Source of the DNA: Candidatus Bathyarchaeota archaeon
Lineage (GTDB): Archaea > Thermoproteota > Bathyarchaeia > TCS64
Assembly: GCA_963769425.1 (NCBI GenBank)
Contig: CAVYLP010000003.1
Location: 1-64,000, forward strand
Length of the DNA: 64,000 nt
Reading direction: 5' to 3'
The notes beneath the pieces are model-generated. The model ran no database searches. It was not told the DNA's origin and saw nothing but the letters and a program-made list of their open reading frames with translations. Each line of letters opens with the position of its first letter. Within the stretch, counting starts at the first letter, position 1. Position numbers and translations under genes: made by a program. This document shows, in pieces, positions 55,665 through 64,000 of the stretch.

Positions 55665-57182
55665 TTAATTTCCGATTATTCCATCAATCGCTTCCTCGAG
55701 ATCGCCCGCGGCCTTCTCTAGTTTTCTCCTCTTCTCCATGATGTATACTGAGTCTTCCTCGATCTTTCTCTGGCTGAGGCCAATCTCTTCTAGGACTCTC
55801 ACTGGGGCAGGACCACCGATGAGTGTTCGTCGATACACCATCTTCCGTGGATCCATAGCCTCCTGAATGATTTGGGTCGATAGCCCCAGATTCCTTCCAT
55901 AGTCGGGATACATCGTTGCAGCTTCGTCAAGATTCTCCTCCGTGACCTGGCTGGGTTTCACTCCACGTTCGACACCTACCCTGACAAGTGTCGCGACTAT
56001 CTGATGGGCGGTCCTCCACGATAATCCCTTCTCGCGCACAACGGCTGCGGCGAGGTCAGACGCCCCCGCCCAGTGGGCACCAGCTAACTCTTCAGCGCGG
56101 GAGGAATCTATCTTCAGGGTGCTTAAAATTCCAGGGATCATTCTCAGCCCATTGTTGATGTCGGTCCAGGATCTGTGCATCCCATCGACGGAGTCTGCTC
56201 CCAGCATCCTTGACTTGACGTTGACTGTCAGGTCAGCTAAGAATCTGAGGGCCGTGGGATTTCTCTTCTGCGGCATTATGCTGCTTGTTCCGCAGTACCT
56301 GTCGGCTGGGTCGACAAGTCCGAACTCGTTCGAGCTAAAGATGAGCATGTCGTAGAACAGACCGCTGATAACGTGGCTCAGAGTGAGGAGGACGGCGAAG
56401 CTGTCCAGTGTGTACCACTCGTGTTTCTCGGCGTCGTAGCAGTTCCTGTACAGCGCGTCGAAGCCTAGGAGGTCCATGGTGCGATGTCGGTCGAATCCAG
56501 GGATGTCGGTTCCCGTGCCAATCGCCGAGCCCGCGGGGCTGATCTGGGACAGATCGTAGGCGGCCTCAAGTTTTCTCTGCTCCCTTTCGAGCTGATTGAG
56601 GAAGGCCATCGCGTAGAACCCGAGCGTCATAGGCTGAGCATGCTGGAGGATGTAGCTTGAGCCATAGACTGTCAGCCCTGGAGAGTACATCGGCCAGATG
56701 GTTTCCACGTGTTTCTCCGCAAAGTCAGCTAAGGCCATCCTAACGGTGGTGAGCAACTCCATGGCTTCGAGGATGTATTCGCGCTGTGTGATGTGTTGGC
56801 TCACCGTGGCGAGGTCTCCAGTACTTCTCCCGATGTGGATTCGACCTCCGACCTCCCAGCCAAGCTTCTCAATCAGGTAGGATTCACCCGAGTGGTCAAC
56901 TCCGCCAACTCTGACGCGTTCCGCCAAAACACCCTCCGCCTCCATCTCCCTGAAGGCTCTGAGGATCGCCGCTCCGTCGCCCTTCGGAATTATGCCCTGT
57001 TCGGTGAGCATAACGGTGTGGGCCTTGTCGAACATGTGGTAGGCGAGGTAGGGTGGGGTCTTCTCCCACCCCTTTTCCGCTCTCTGGAACTCAGGCGCCA
57101 TCGGCTCTGTGAGGCGGCCGACTCCGGGCCTCATCGCGAACCATAGGTGACCTCTGTACCTGTACTCCTCTTTCTTCTCCAA
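55665..57182 (-). CDS. Argininosuccinate lyase / fumarase-aspartase family enzyme
   Basis: HIGRSTGD, QHAQP and signature TSSIMPQKRNP. It is divergent, so the substrate is uncertain. Confidence 0.85.
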   Translation of the reverse strand: MEKKEEYRYRGHLWFAMRPGVGRLTEPMAPEFQRAEKGWEKTPPYLAYHMFDKAHTVMLTEQGIIPKGDGAAILRAFREMEAEGVLAERVRVGGVDHSGESYLIEKLGWEVGGRIHIGRSTGDLATVSQHITQREYILEAMELLTTVRMALADFAEKHVETIWPMYSPGLTVYGSSYILQHAQPMTLGFYAMAFLNQLEREQRKLEAAYDLSQISPAGSAIGTGTDIPGFDRHRTMDLLGFDALYRNCYDAEKHEWYTLDSFAVLLTLSHVISGLFYDMLIFSSNEFGLVDPADRYCGTSSIMPQKRNPTALRFLADLTVNVKSRMLGADSVDGMHRSWTDINNGLRMIPGILSTLKIDSSRAEELAGAHWAGASDLAAAVVREKGLSWRTAHQIVATLVRVGVERGVKPSQVTEENLDEAATMYPDYGRNLGLSTQIIQEAMDPRKMVYRRTLIGGPAPVRVLEEIGLSQRKIEEDSVYIMEKRRKLEKAAGDLEEAIDGIIGN

Positions 57183-57306
57183 GTTTATCGATGATAGAGC
57201 TACTGTGCGCCTACATAGTACCTATCATTGGCCGAGGAGATCGACAGTTGTGCATGGAGAGTTATGTAAGAAATGATGCGAGTGCGCAACTCATGTGACT
57301 AAAGAT

Positions 57307-59070
57307 TTAGTCCAGGTTCAGCTGGGCGAGCCAAGTTGCCTCACCCAGAGCGTCTGAAACCCGGTTAGCCTCACGGACAAGCTTCGTCTTCAAGGCTTTG
57401 AAGCTGCTAGTATCGGGGTTTAACTTCACAAGTTCGGAGAGCGGATGCAGCACAGGTATTGGCTTGATGTATTCGGCGCCATAATGGTCCTGCCCGTATG
57501 GTCCGCTGAGGGTGTAGTTGATTGGGTTGATGACTCTGCAGATCTTCAACATCGTAGCGTTTGTTGATTTTGCTCTCGTCTCATCATCCTCGTGAGAATT
57601 TTCGGAGGCCCTGTTTAGTTCCTCTGTTCTTAAGTCGAACGTGACTGCAGCCTCCTTGAAGCCCTTGGCTTTCTCACTTAGCCCTGAGAGGTCTAGTGCG
57701 TCGCCTGAGATCTTCTCGAGCTCATCGAGGGCTGTGAGTGTCCAGTCCGCAACTGGGGTAAATCTGTATGGCAGTAATGGCAGAGTGCAGAGCCTCAGAA
57801 TGACAAGGAGGTGAGCCTTGTTAGCCATGTAGAGGGTCTCAGGGTCGCATTTCTCGATGGTGTCGTATTCGCTGTGGTACCACCAACCACCAGGTTTCTG
57901 CTCCTCTCCGTTAGGTGTCACAGTCAAGACCCTTGTGGATGGCACCCCGACCCCGAGGTAGGACTGGTCACCGGCTTTCCACGGTGTGTAGCCAGCGATT
58001 CTCCTGTAATCAGCTCCCTCGTATTCGGCTAGATCCTTGATCGTCTGGTCCATGAAGTCGTGGCAAACGGGGTCCGAGTCGACGGTGTATACCGTTGTCC
58101 CAATCATGCACGGCGTATCGTCGTTTAGGTATGCGACACAGTGTTGCTTCACTCTATCCCAGTTGTTGTCCAGGTAGTATGTTGATCCAGTCATGATGCC
58201 GGTCTCGTGCCCCTGGAAGAAGAGGAACTCCGCTCCTCTTCTCATCGGTTTAAGACTTGATAGAACCCTCGCGACTTCGAGAGTGCACGCGACCCCGACG
58301 GCGTTGCAGCTACCAGCCGCGGCCCAGGCATCCATGTGGCTGCCGAGTAGGACATAGTCCTCCTCCTCCCCCTGAATAGATGCCGTGGGCTGTCTTGTTC
58401 TAGCCCAGCCCCTTTCATTGCGGCCACGCATAAAGACCCTCACGGGCCCGCTCTGAAGGAGCTGCTTGAGCTCGTTTCCATCCTCATAGTTGATGAGAAA
58501 GGCTGGGATTCTCCCGATCTCGTCGATGTTCTCCGGGGTAGGGTTACCCCACACGGACTTGACTGTGCCCCTGTTTAAGACCCTGCGGGGGGCATGGTAA
58601 CTGATGACGATCAGACCTGCAGCACCCTTCAACACGCCCGCTACGTAGTTCTTCCAGGGCCTAGCTGGTCCGAGTTCGAACTCTGCCAGAACAATCTTGT
58701 CCTTGACGTTCTTATCTTTGTAGTCTTCGAGGCCGCCTCCGGCGACGTAGACTAATTCTCCCTCGACCCCTTCTGAACCGGTGGAAGCCATCTGTGCGAG
58801 AGGCATCGCATCTATGGACCTCTTTTTTGGCGCCGTGACTCGGAGTTCGGCTTCAGTAAGCTTGGGGAAGTCGAGCCAGCTCTGATACTCAACTGCTTTC
58901 GCCTGAACATGGTACCCTTTCAGGACGTTCAGTACGTATTCGACGGCTCTCTCGTTTTCCGGAGTTCCCGAAAGCTTCTGTCCTGATTCCGCGAACCATT
59001 TGGTGTGTTCCCAGCTCTTCTCCCTTGAGACTCGGTTAAGTGCCTCCTTTTCATAGTCCGTTAGAACCAT
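57307..59070 (-). CDS. M28 family peptidase with PA domain
   Basis: SGTPEN, SHMDAW, GHETG and YHSEYDT. Confidence 0.85.
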   Translation of the reverse strand: MVLTDYEKEALNRVSREKSWEHTKWFAESGQKLSGTPENERAVEYVLNVLKGYHVQAKAVEYQSWLDFPKLTEAELRVTAPKKRSIDAMPLAQMASTGSEGVEGELVYVAGGGLEDYKDKNVKDKIVLAEFELGPARPWKNYVAGVLKGAAGLIVISYHAPRRVLNRGTVKSVWGNPTPENIDEIGRIPAFLINYEDGNELKQLLQSGPVRVFMRGRNERGWARTRQPTASIQGEEEDYVLLGSHMDAWAAAGSCNAVGVACTLEVARVLSSLKPMRRGAEFLFFQGHETGIMTGSTYYLDNNWDRVKQHCVAYLNDDTPCMIGTTVYTVDSDPVCHDFMDQTIKDLAEYEGADYRRIAGYTPWKAGDQSYLGVGVPSTRVLTVTPNGEEQKPGGWWYHSEYDTIEKCDPETLYMANKAHLLVILRLCTLPLLPYRFTPVADWTLTALDELEKISGDALDLSGLSEKAKGFKEAAVTFDLRTEELNRASENSHEDDETRAKSTNATMLKICRVINPINYTLSGPYGQDHYGAEYIKPIPVLHPLSELVKLNPDTSSFKALKTKLVREANRVSDALGEATWLAQLNLD

Positions 59071-59380
59071 ATGTGGAGATTCGTAGTCTGCGGATATTTC
59101 AGTTGCGCGCGAATGACTCTCTTATTTTTAATAAAAGTGTCAAGTCAGACTCGCAAGTGAAAACGTTAGTATGGGGCTTCCCCCCGCTACTTTTAATAAA
59201 TTTATGAATATTATCCAGTTCAACTACACATTCAGAACTCGAATATGCAGAAGAGGAGAAAAATCTCGCATCCTGTCGCGCACGCGTAAGGATTATGGGG
59301 TTGCGTATATTATGTGCTGGTCATCCTCGCACGCTTGCCGTCTCATACACTTTTTAAAATTCAATTCTCAATACAGAATC

Positions 59381-59695
59381 ATGAATGCCGAAGCATTTGA
59401 CGATGAGGGATTTCTAATCAACGCCAATCTATGGACCAAAGAACTATCAAAGAGTATGGCTAAGACCCAATTCGACATAACCCTCACCGACCAACAGACA
59501 AAGATCATCCTTTACATCAGAGACTACTACAAAAAATGGGAGACACTACCAATGCTTAAAACAATCAGAGACGAATTCGACCTAACCACATCAGAGATAG
59601 ATGAACAATTCAAGAGAGGCAGCAGCACAGCGAGGGGAGTAATATGCAAACTCGCCGGGTTACCAAAGATGCTATGCATAGCCTCAGGATGCTGA
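59381..59695 (+). CDS. TusE/DsrC family sulfur carrier
   Basis: DDEGFL..WTKE..A..ITLTD..IRDYY..CKLAGLPK; TTTTTAAAA about 25 nt upstream of ATG 59381. Confidence 0.88.
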   Translation: MNAEAFDDEGFLINANLWTKELSKSMAKTQFDITLTDQQTKIILYIRDYYKKWETLPMLKTIRDEFDLTTSEIDEQFKRGSSTARGVICKLAGLPKMLCIASGC

Positions 59696-59702
59696 GCGAA
59701 CA

Positions 59703-60056
59703 ATGAGCGAAGAGCTATTGCTGGTATACGGCTGGGGACCGGAGGAGGATGGAAAACTCTCATCCCTCCTCTACATAGCAGAGACGGGGATATCGATGGG
59801 CATGAATACCTCGATCTTTCTCTTCACAGAAGCGGCGATCCTCGCCAAACAGGGTAACATCCAGAAGGTAAGCGTGGAAATGGACTCCAGGTTCAGACGA
59901 ATCACAAACGACCCCAGGCTCAGGGTATATGTGTGCGAAGAGGCGGCAAGGAAGCGTGGGTTAACACGTGATAACATCGAGGAAAAAATCAGCCTTATTG
60001 GGTACGCCACCTTCCTTGACATAGCTACAAAAACTAAGACTGTGATAACAATTTAG
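59703..60056 (+). CDS. DsrE/F family protein
   Basis: IFLFTEAAILA and VYVCEEAARKRG (conserved Cys). Confidence 0.8.
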   Translation: MSEELLLVYGWGPEEDGKLSSLLYIAETGISMGMNTSIFLFTEAAILAKQGNIQKVSVEMDSRFRRITNDPRLRVYVCEEAARKRGLTRDNIEEKISLIGYATFLDIATKTKTVITI

Positions 60057-60070
60057 GGGATAGATAAACG

Positions 60071-60463
60071 ATGATTGTGAAAAAGGTGAAGGAAGTCAAG
60101 GACTTCGACGTCAAGGAGGCGTATGGGCAGGATGCTGAGGGAGTATCGATCAGGTGGATCTCTGAGAAACGCACGGGCGGGGATGAGTATCTGCACAACT
60201 TCGCACTCAGATACTTCACCTTCAAGCCTAATGCCTACATGAATCCTCATAAGCATCCGTGGGAGCAGGAGATCGCCGTCACGAAGGGAAGGATTCAGGT
60301 TTTAGGAGCTGCCAATGTTCAGATTCTGAATGAGGGAGATGTAGGATATTTCCCGGCGAATGAGGTGCATGGTTTCAAGAATCTCTCTAATGGAGATAGC
60401 GAGTTCTATTGTGTGATTGGGTGTGTTGGGAAGGGTGAAAACTGTCTGGGCATACAGGGCTAA
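60071..60463 (+). CDS. Cupin domain protein
   Basis: HKHPWEQE..HGFKN. Confidence 0.85.
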   Translation: MIVKKVKEVKDFDVKEAYGQDAEGVSIRWISEKRTGGDEYLHNFALRYFTFKPNAYMNPHKHPWEQEIAVTKGRIQVLGAANVQILNEGDVGYFPANEVHGFKNLSNGDSEFYCVIGCVGKGENCLGIQG

Positions 60464-60654
60464 AAAACATTATAGTTGGCTAATTAATTGAATCTCTTCA
60501 TTCATTACCTACTTATTTGACTTGATTATGTTCTTGATGCCGAAGTATTGTAAATGAAAAAAAGATAGCGATTCTTAACCTAGCATCTTAACTAAAAGGA
60601 TTTAATAGAGAAGGGTTAAAATCGGGCTCCGTGTTGAAGCCGTTGGTATCCACC

Positions 60655-61668
60655 ATGAAGGGGAAGGCGCTCGCACTCATCTCCGGGGGGCTCGACAGCA
60701 CCCTCGCTGTGAAGATGGTGAAGGAGATGGGGCTCGAGGTCGAGGCTGTTCACTTCACCACCCCATTCTGCCAGTGCGACAAGTGCAGCGTCGACACCAC
60801 CGCGGAGCAGCTAGACCTCAAGGTCCACAACGTCTTCCTCGGGGAGGAGTTCCTCTCGATCGTCGTCGACCCGCCCCACGGCAGGGGCAGCCACATGAAT
60901 GTCTGCATCGACTGCCGCATACTCATGCTCAGGAAGGCGAAGACCCTCGCCGAGCAGATAGGCGCGGGCTTCTTCGTCACCGGCGAGGTTCTCGGGCAGC
61001 GCCCCATGAGCCAGCATGGGTCGGCCATGCGCCTCATAGAGCGAGAGGCGGGCGTCGAGGACCTGGTACTCAGGCCACTCTCGGGCAAGCTCATGAAGGA
61101 GACGCGCATGGAGGACGAGGGAATCGTCGACCGCGACGACCTACTGGAGATCAGTGGCAGGAGGAGGCTTCCGCAGTTCGAGCTCGCGGAGAAGCTGGGC
61201 GTCTACGACTACCCGTGCCCATCTGGCGGCTGCCTCCTAACCGACCCCGAGTTCGCCTCAAGGCTTCGGGACTACATCGACAACGAGGGCACGCCAACGA
61301 TCGAGTCGATACTGCTCCTCAAGGTCGGCAGACACTTCAGGGCGAGGGAGACACGCATCGTCGTCGGCAGGAACGAACTCGAGAACAATATTCTCGAGGG
61401 CTTCGCACAGAGAGGCGGAACGCGCCTCGAGGTCGAGGGGATAAACGGCCCCGTCACCCTTGTCATGGGATACGACGAATCCGCCATCAACGCCGCAGCC
61501 AAGCTCACCGCAAGATACTCGGATGCACCCAGAGACACACAAGTATGGGTAAAGGTCACGTCAAGCGCCTCCAAGAGCAGGCAACAAGTGGAGACCGTGG
61601 ACGACTATACGCTTGAGTCTCTCAGGATCAAAGGCGCGAAGATCCGGTCCAAGAATACAGGCGTCTAA
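60655..61668 (+). CDS. PP-loop tRNA thiouridylase-like protein (ThiI/MnmA-related, DUF814 type)
   Basis: SGGLDS, CIDC, TGEVLGQRPMSQ, PSGGCLLTD and GRHFR. Confidence 0.85.
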   Translation: MKGKALALISGGLDSTLAVKMVKEMGLEVEAVHFTTPFCQCDKCSVDTTAEQLDLKVHNVFLGEEFLSIVVDPPHGRGSHMNVCIDCRILMLRKAKTLAEQIGAGFFVTGEVLGQRPMSQHGSAMRLIEREAGVEDLVLRPLSGKLMKETRMEDEGIVDRDDLLEISGRRRLPQFELAEKLGVYDYPCPSGGCLLTDPEFASRLRDYIDNEGTPTIESILLLKVGRHFRARETRIVVGRNELENNILEGFAQRGGTRLEVEGINGPVTLVMGYDESAINAAAKLTARYSDAPRDTQVWVKVTSSASKSRQQVETVDDYTLESLRIKGAKIRSKNTGV

Positions 61669-61782
61669 CCCCCTTACTGATCCCTTCATATGCCCGCGCA
61701 AGCTGATAATCACAGGGAAGCTAAAAGATTACGAGTACAACGAAACTAAACCTATATATAATTTTTAAACAAATAGCAATGT

Positions 61783-61980
61783 ATGGCCTTCAAACGAATT
61801 TATCAGGACATCCCGGGAGTCAGCTGTCCATTATGCGGCGCATCCGTATTGAAAGATGCTAGAAATACAAAAAAGATCACCTATTTCTGCAGTGGAAAAA
61901 CAACCCACGACCTAACAAATAACAAGACCATAAAGGCCTTTTTAATTGGAGAAGCCCTAACCCGACCTACAACACACTAG
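61783..61980 (+). CDS. Small zinc-binding protein
   Basis: CPLC..C....H; TATATATA about 30 nt upstream. Confidence 0.6.
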   Translation: MAFKRIYQDIPGVSCPLCGASVLKDARNTKKITYFCSGKTTHDLTNNKTIKAFLIGEALTRPTTH

Positions 61981-62349
61981 ACTACGCCTACGCACATAGA
62001 AGCTAAGATAAAATCATTATTTCAAGAACATTATAGACTACTTAAATGCTTATCTCATTTTTCGAACTTGCCTTTAGCTCAAAAAAACAATCAAACATAC
62101 CGCCAGAAAATTAACCCAAAAGAACAATTACAAAACAACCAAAACCCATCAAAAAAAAAACGACCATGACATAAAACACAAAAAAACCCTAAAAACACAT
62201 ACAAACACACTTTAACAACCACTTTTTAACAAAAACAAGTGAATTGTGATGAAAGAGATCTCTTTCCCCGCTACCACGTACTACCCCCTCAACGTTCGCG
62301 TGTATAATAAGATAAATAAGGGTTATTTGCATTCTTTTTTTGACCTTGT

Positions 62350-62466
62350 ATGCCATGTAAGTGCAAAGAGTGTGGCGAAGTTTTTCCGAGTGCCAAGCAG
62401 AGAGATGCTCATATAGCCAAAGCACACCCAGAGAAGAAGACGCCAACAACTGCCAAGTCTTCATAG
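62350..62466 (+). CDS. 38-aa C2H2 zinc-finger microprotein, below the ORF-track cutoff
   Basis: MPCKCKECGEVFPSAKQRDAHIAKAHPEKKTPTTAKSS*: C-x2-C-x3-F-x8-H-x4-H. Confidence 0.8.
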   Translation: MPCKCKECGEVFPSAKQRDAHIAKAHPEKKTPTTAKSS

Positions 62467-62783
62467 AGCGATGGGACCTATACCCTATTTCGCTCGCGCG
62501 TATCATACTCAGATTTTTTCAGATTTCTAAGCTTTGAGAGTTCAAACGACAGCCTTGTACTACCCCCGCAACTTTTCAATTAAACTAAATATTATTTGGT
62601 TTAAAATACTTTTTCGCAAACGATGAAGGGCTTATGGCAAGAAGACCATAATGCTCTCGTGATATTAATTGAAAAATTTATGTCGATTTAGAAATAAAAT
62701 AATTATTTATTTATATTGATGATATTTTTTGAATATCAAATCGAGCAGAATTTTTATATCTAAAATAAGAAGATGAATAATGT

Positions 62784-63692
62784 ATGATCAAAAGTAATAG
62801 AAGTAGATTGATACAAACCCAGGTTATGGCACAAATAGCGCCTCCAATTCTTGAGTCACAAGCTGGTTTCAATGGGGGCTATCTAACAACGTGGGATGGG
62901 AGGGCAAAGCACGGTGCTGGCCCTGGAGGTATCAAATATAACGTAAGATTGGGATCACCATGTTTGGGTTGGCCAGAGACGGAGTATCTTGAACCTGGGG
63001 TATCATTAAAAGAGGTTGAGGCAAAGGCTGCACCATATCAGAATCCCTCCAGCTTTTCGACTACTATGCATACGGTATGCTGTCTAGGCAATGAAGCTAG
63101 ACTTGTATCCGGGGACGCAAAGAGTAGAAAAGGTGTAATTATAGGTAAGAGCGATAGACACGTCCTCGCTGAATTCTCTGATAAGATACTTGAGGACCTC
63201 ACGATTGGTGACCATGTTCGTATCATAGCTGAAGGTGTGGGACTCGAAGTTGAGGGCTTTGAAGGCAGCGTCTTTAACATGTCAGGAGAATTTCTCGACT
63301 CATTAAATCTAAGTTTGAATGGGGGAAAACTTGTATTCCCTGTCGCCAAAATCATTCCGGCTTATGCTATGGGAAGTGGGGTCGGTGGATCAGAGGCCCA
63401 GAGGGGTAACTTTAGTATTCAGAGTAATCCGCCGGAGCTTGTTGAGGAACTAGGAATTGCGGATTTGAAGATGGGTGATTTCGTTGCTCTCAAGGACATT
63501 CTGATGCATTATGGGAAGGCTTACCATAGAGGTGCGATTACGGTAGGTGTAGTGATGACTGGAGCGAGTGATAACGCTGGGCATGGTCCTGGTGTACTGG
63601 CGCTTGCTTCATCAAAACCTGGTATGATCCTCCCCGACGTAGATAGATCAGCAAACCTAAGGCGCTACATCGATGTGACCTACTATGATTGA
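62784..63692 (+). CDS. DUF4438 family protein
   Basis: GGIKYNVRLG..EPGVS..CLGNEA..SGDAK..MGSG..GHGPGV. Confidence 0.8.
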   Translation: MIKSNRSRLIQTQVMAQIAPPILESQAGFNGGYLTTWDGRAKHGAGPGGIKYNVRLGSPCLGWPETEYLEPGVSLKEVEAKAAPYQNPSSFSTTMHTVCCLGNEARLVSGDAKSRKGVIIGKSDRHVLAEFSDKILEDLTIGDHVRIIAEGVGLEVEGFEGSVFNMSGEFLDSLNLSLNGGKLVFPVAKIIPAYAMGSGVGGSEAQRGNFSIQSNPPELVEELGIADLKMGDFVALKDILMHYGKAYHRGAITVGVVMTGASDNAGHGPGVLALASSKPGMILPDVDRSANLRRYIDVTYYD

Positions 63693-64000
63693 GACCAATA
63701 AGGATCGACTCGTAAAGGTTGCCGTAATGGGCGAGGTTAATATGCCTTGGGCTAATGAGACCTACTCCACGGCGTTCGATGGTTCACCAAGAATTGGGAA
63801 TGGACTTAGGCTTGGTATGAATGGAGTAAAATGTAACATCAAGATAGGTGACCCATGCGCTGGCTGGGTTGAGGGTGAGCACGTAGAGCCTGGAGTGAGC
63901 GTCGCGAACCCAGATAATTTGCAGAACAACGCTCTCGCAGTACTCGCGTGTGTTGGCAACGAAGCCACGGTAAAATCCGGGGATGCCAAGGGAGCTAATG
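63685..64000 (+). CDS. Second DUF4438 family protein, runs off the window
   Basis: MIETNKDRLVKVAVMGEV..NIKIGDP..EHVEPGVS..CVGNEATVKSGDAKG; overlaps the previous stop. Confidence 0.8.
   Translation, partial: MIETNKDRLVKVAVMGEVNMPWANETYSTAFDGSPRIGNGLRLGMNGVKCNIKIGDPCAGWVEGEHVEPGVSVANPDNLQNNALAVLACVGNEATVKSGDAKGAN

Noticed and set aside
59171-59380. N-terminal extension of the DsrC ORF
   Set aside because: Family similarity starts at ATG 59381, which has its own TATA-like box; the upstream part looks intergenic.
59687-59700. GC-TGA at the end of DsrC as a selenocysteine codon
   Set aside because: Read-through would overlap DsrE out of frame, no SECIS is evident, and a terminal Cys fits the family.

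Overview
The window joins two unrelated-looking segments. About 1-13.2 kb is GC-rich, heavily frameshifted bacterial DNA with a gene set typical of Verrucomicrobia/PVC: a triple-repeat secreted protein, an ECF sigma factor, a Ser/Thr kinase with a 126-bp TPR array, a HAF-repeat protein, a receiver, DUF6569, YbjN and an RDD protein. From about 13.3 kb it is archaeal, most like Bathyarchaeia (inference): TATA/BRE promoters, an intron-containing tRNA-Met and zinc-ribbon tails. The archaeal part holds a surface-glycan island (beta-helix/InlB-repeat surface proteins, flippase, GT2/GT4, DegT, DUF354, five GNATs, two deacetylases), a tat locus, an alanine racemase homolog, an IS that truncates cox subunit II, an integrase remnant, ArgH-family and M28 genes, a DsrC/DsrE/cupin/thiouridylase cluster and tandem DUF4438 genes. 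Main leads: (i) GCGCGC-like tracts in most AT-rich spacers that bracket gene modules and match the IS flanks; (ii) tRNA-3'-end duplications defining mini-islands; (iii) an unannotated 38-aa C2H2 zinc finger between direct repeats. All family calls come from motif recognition by eye, with no database searches. Many frameshifts are probably long-read errors.
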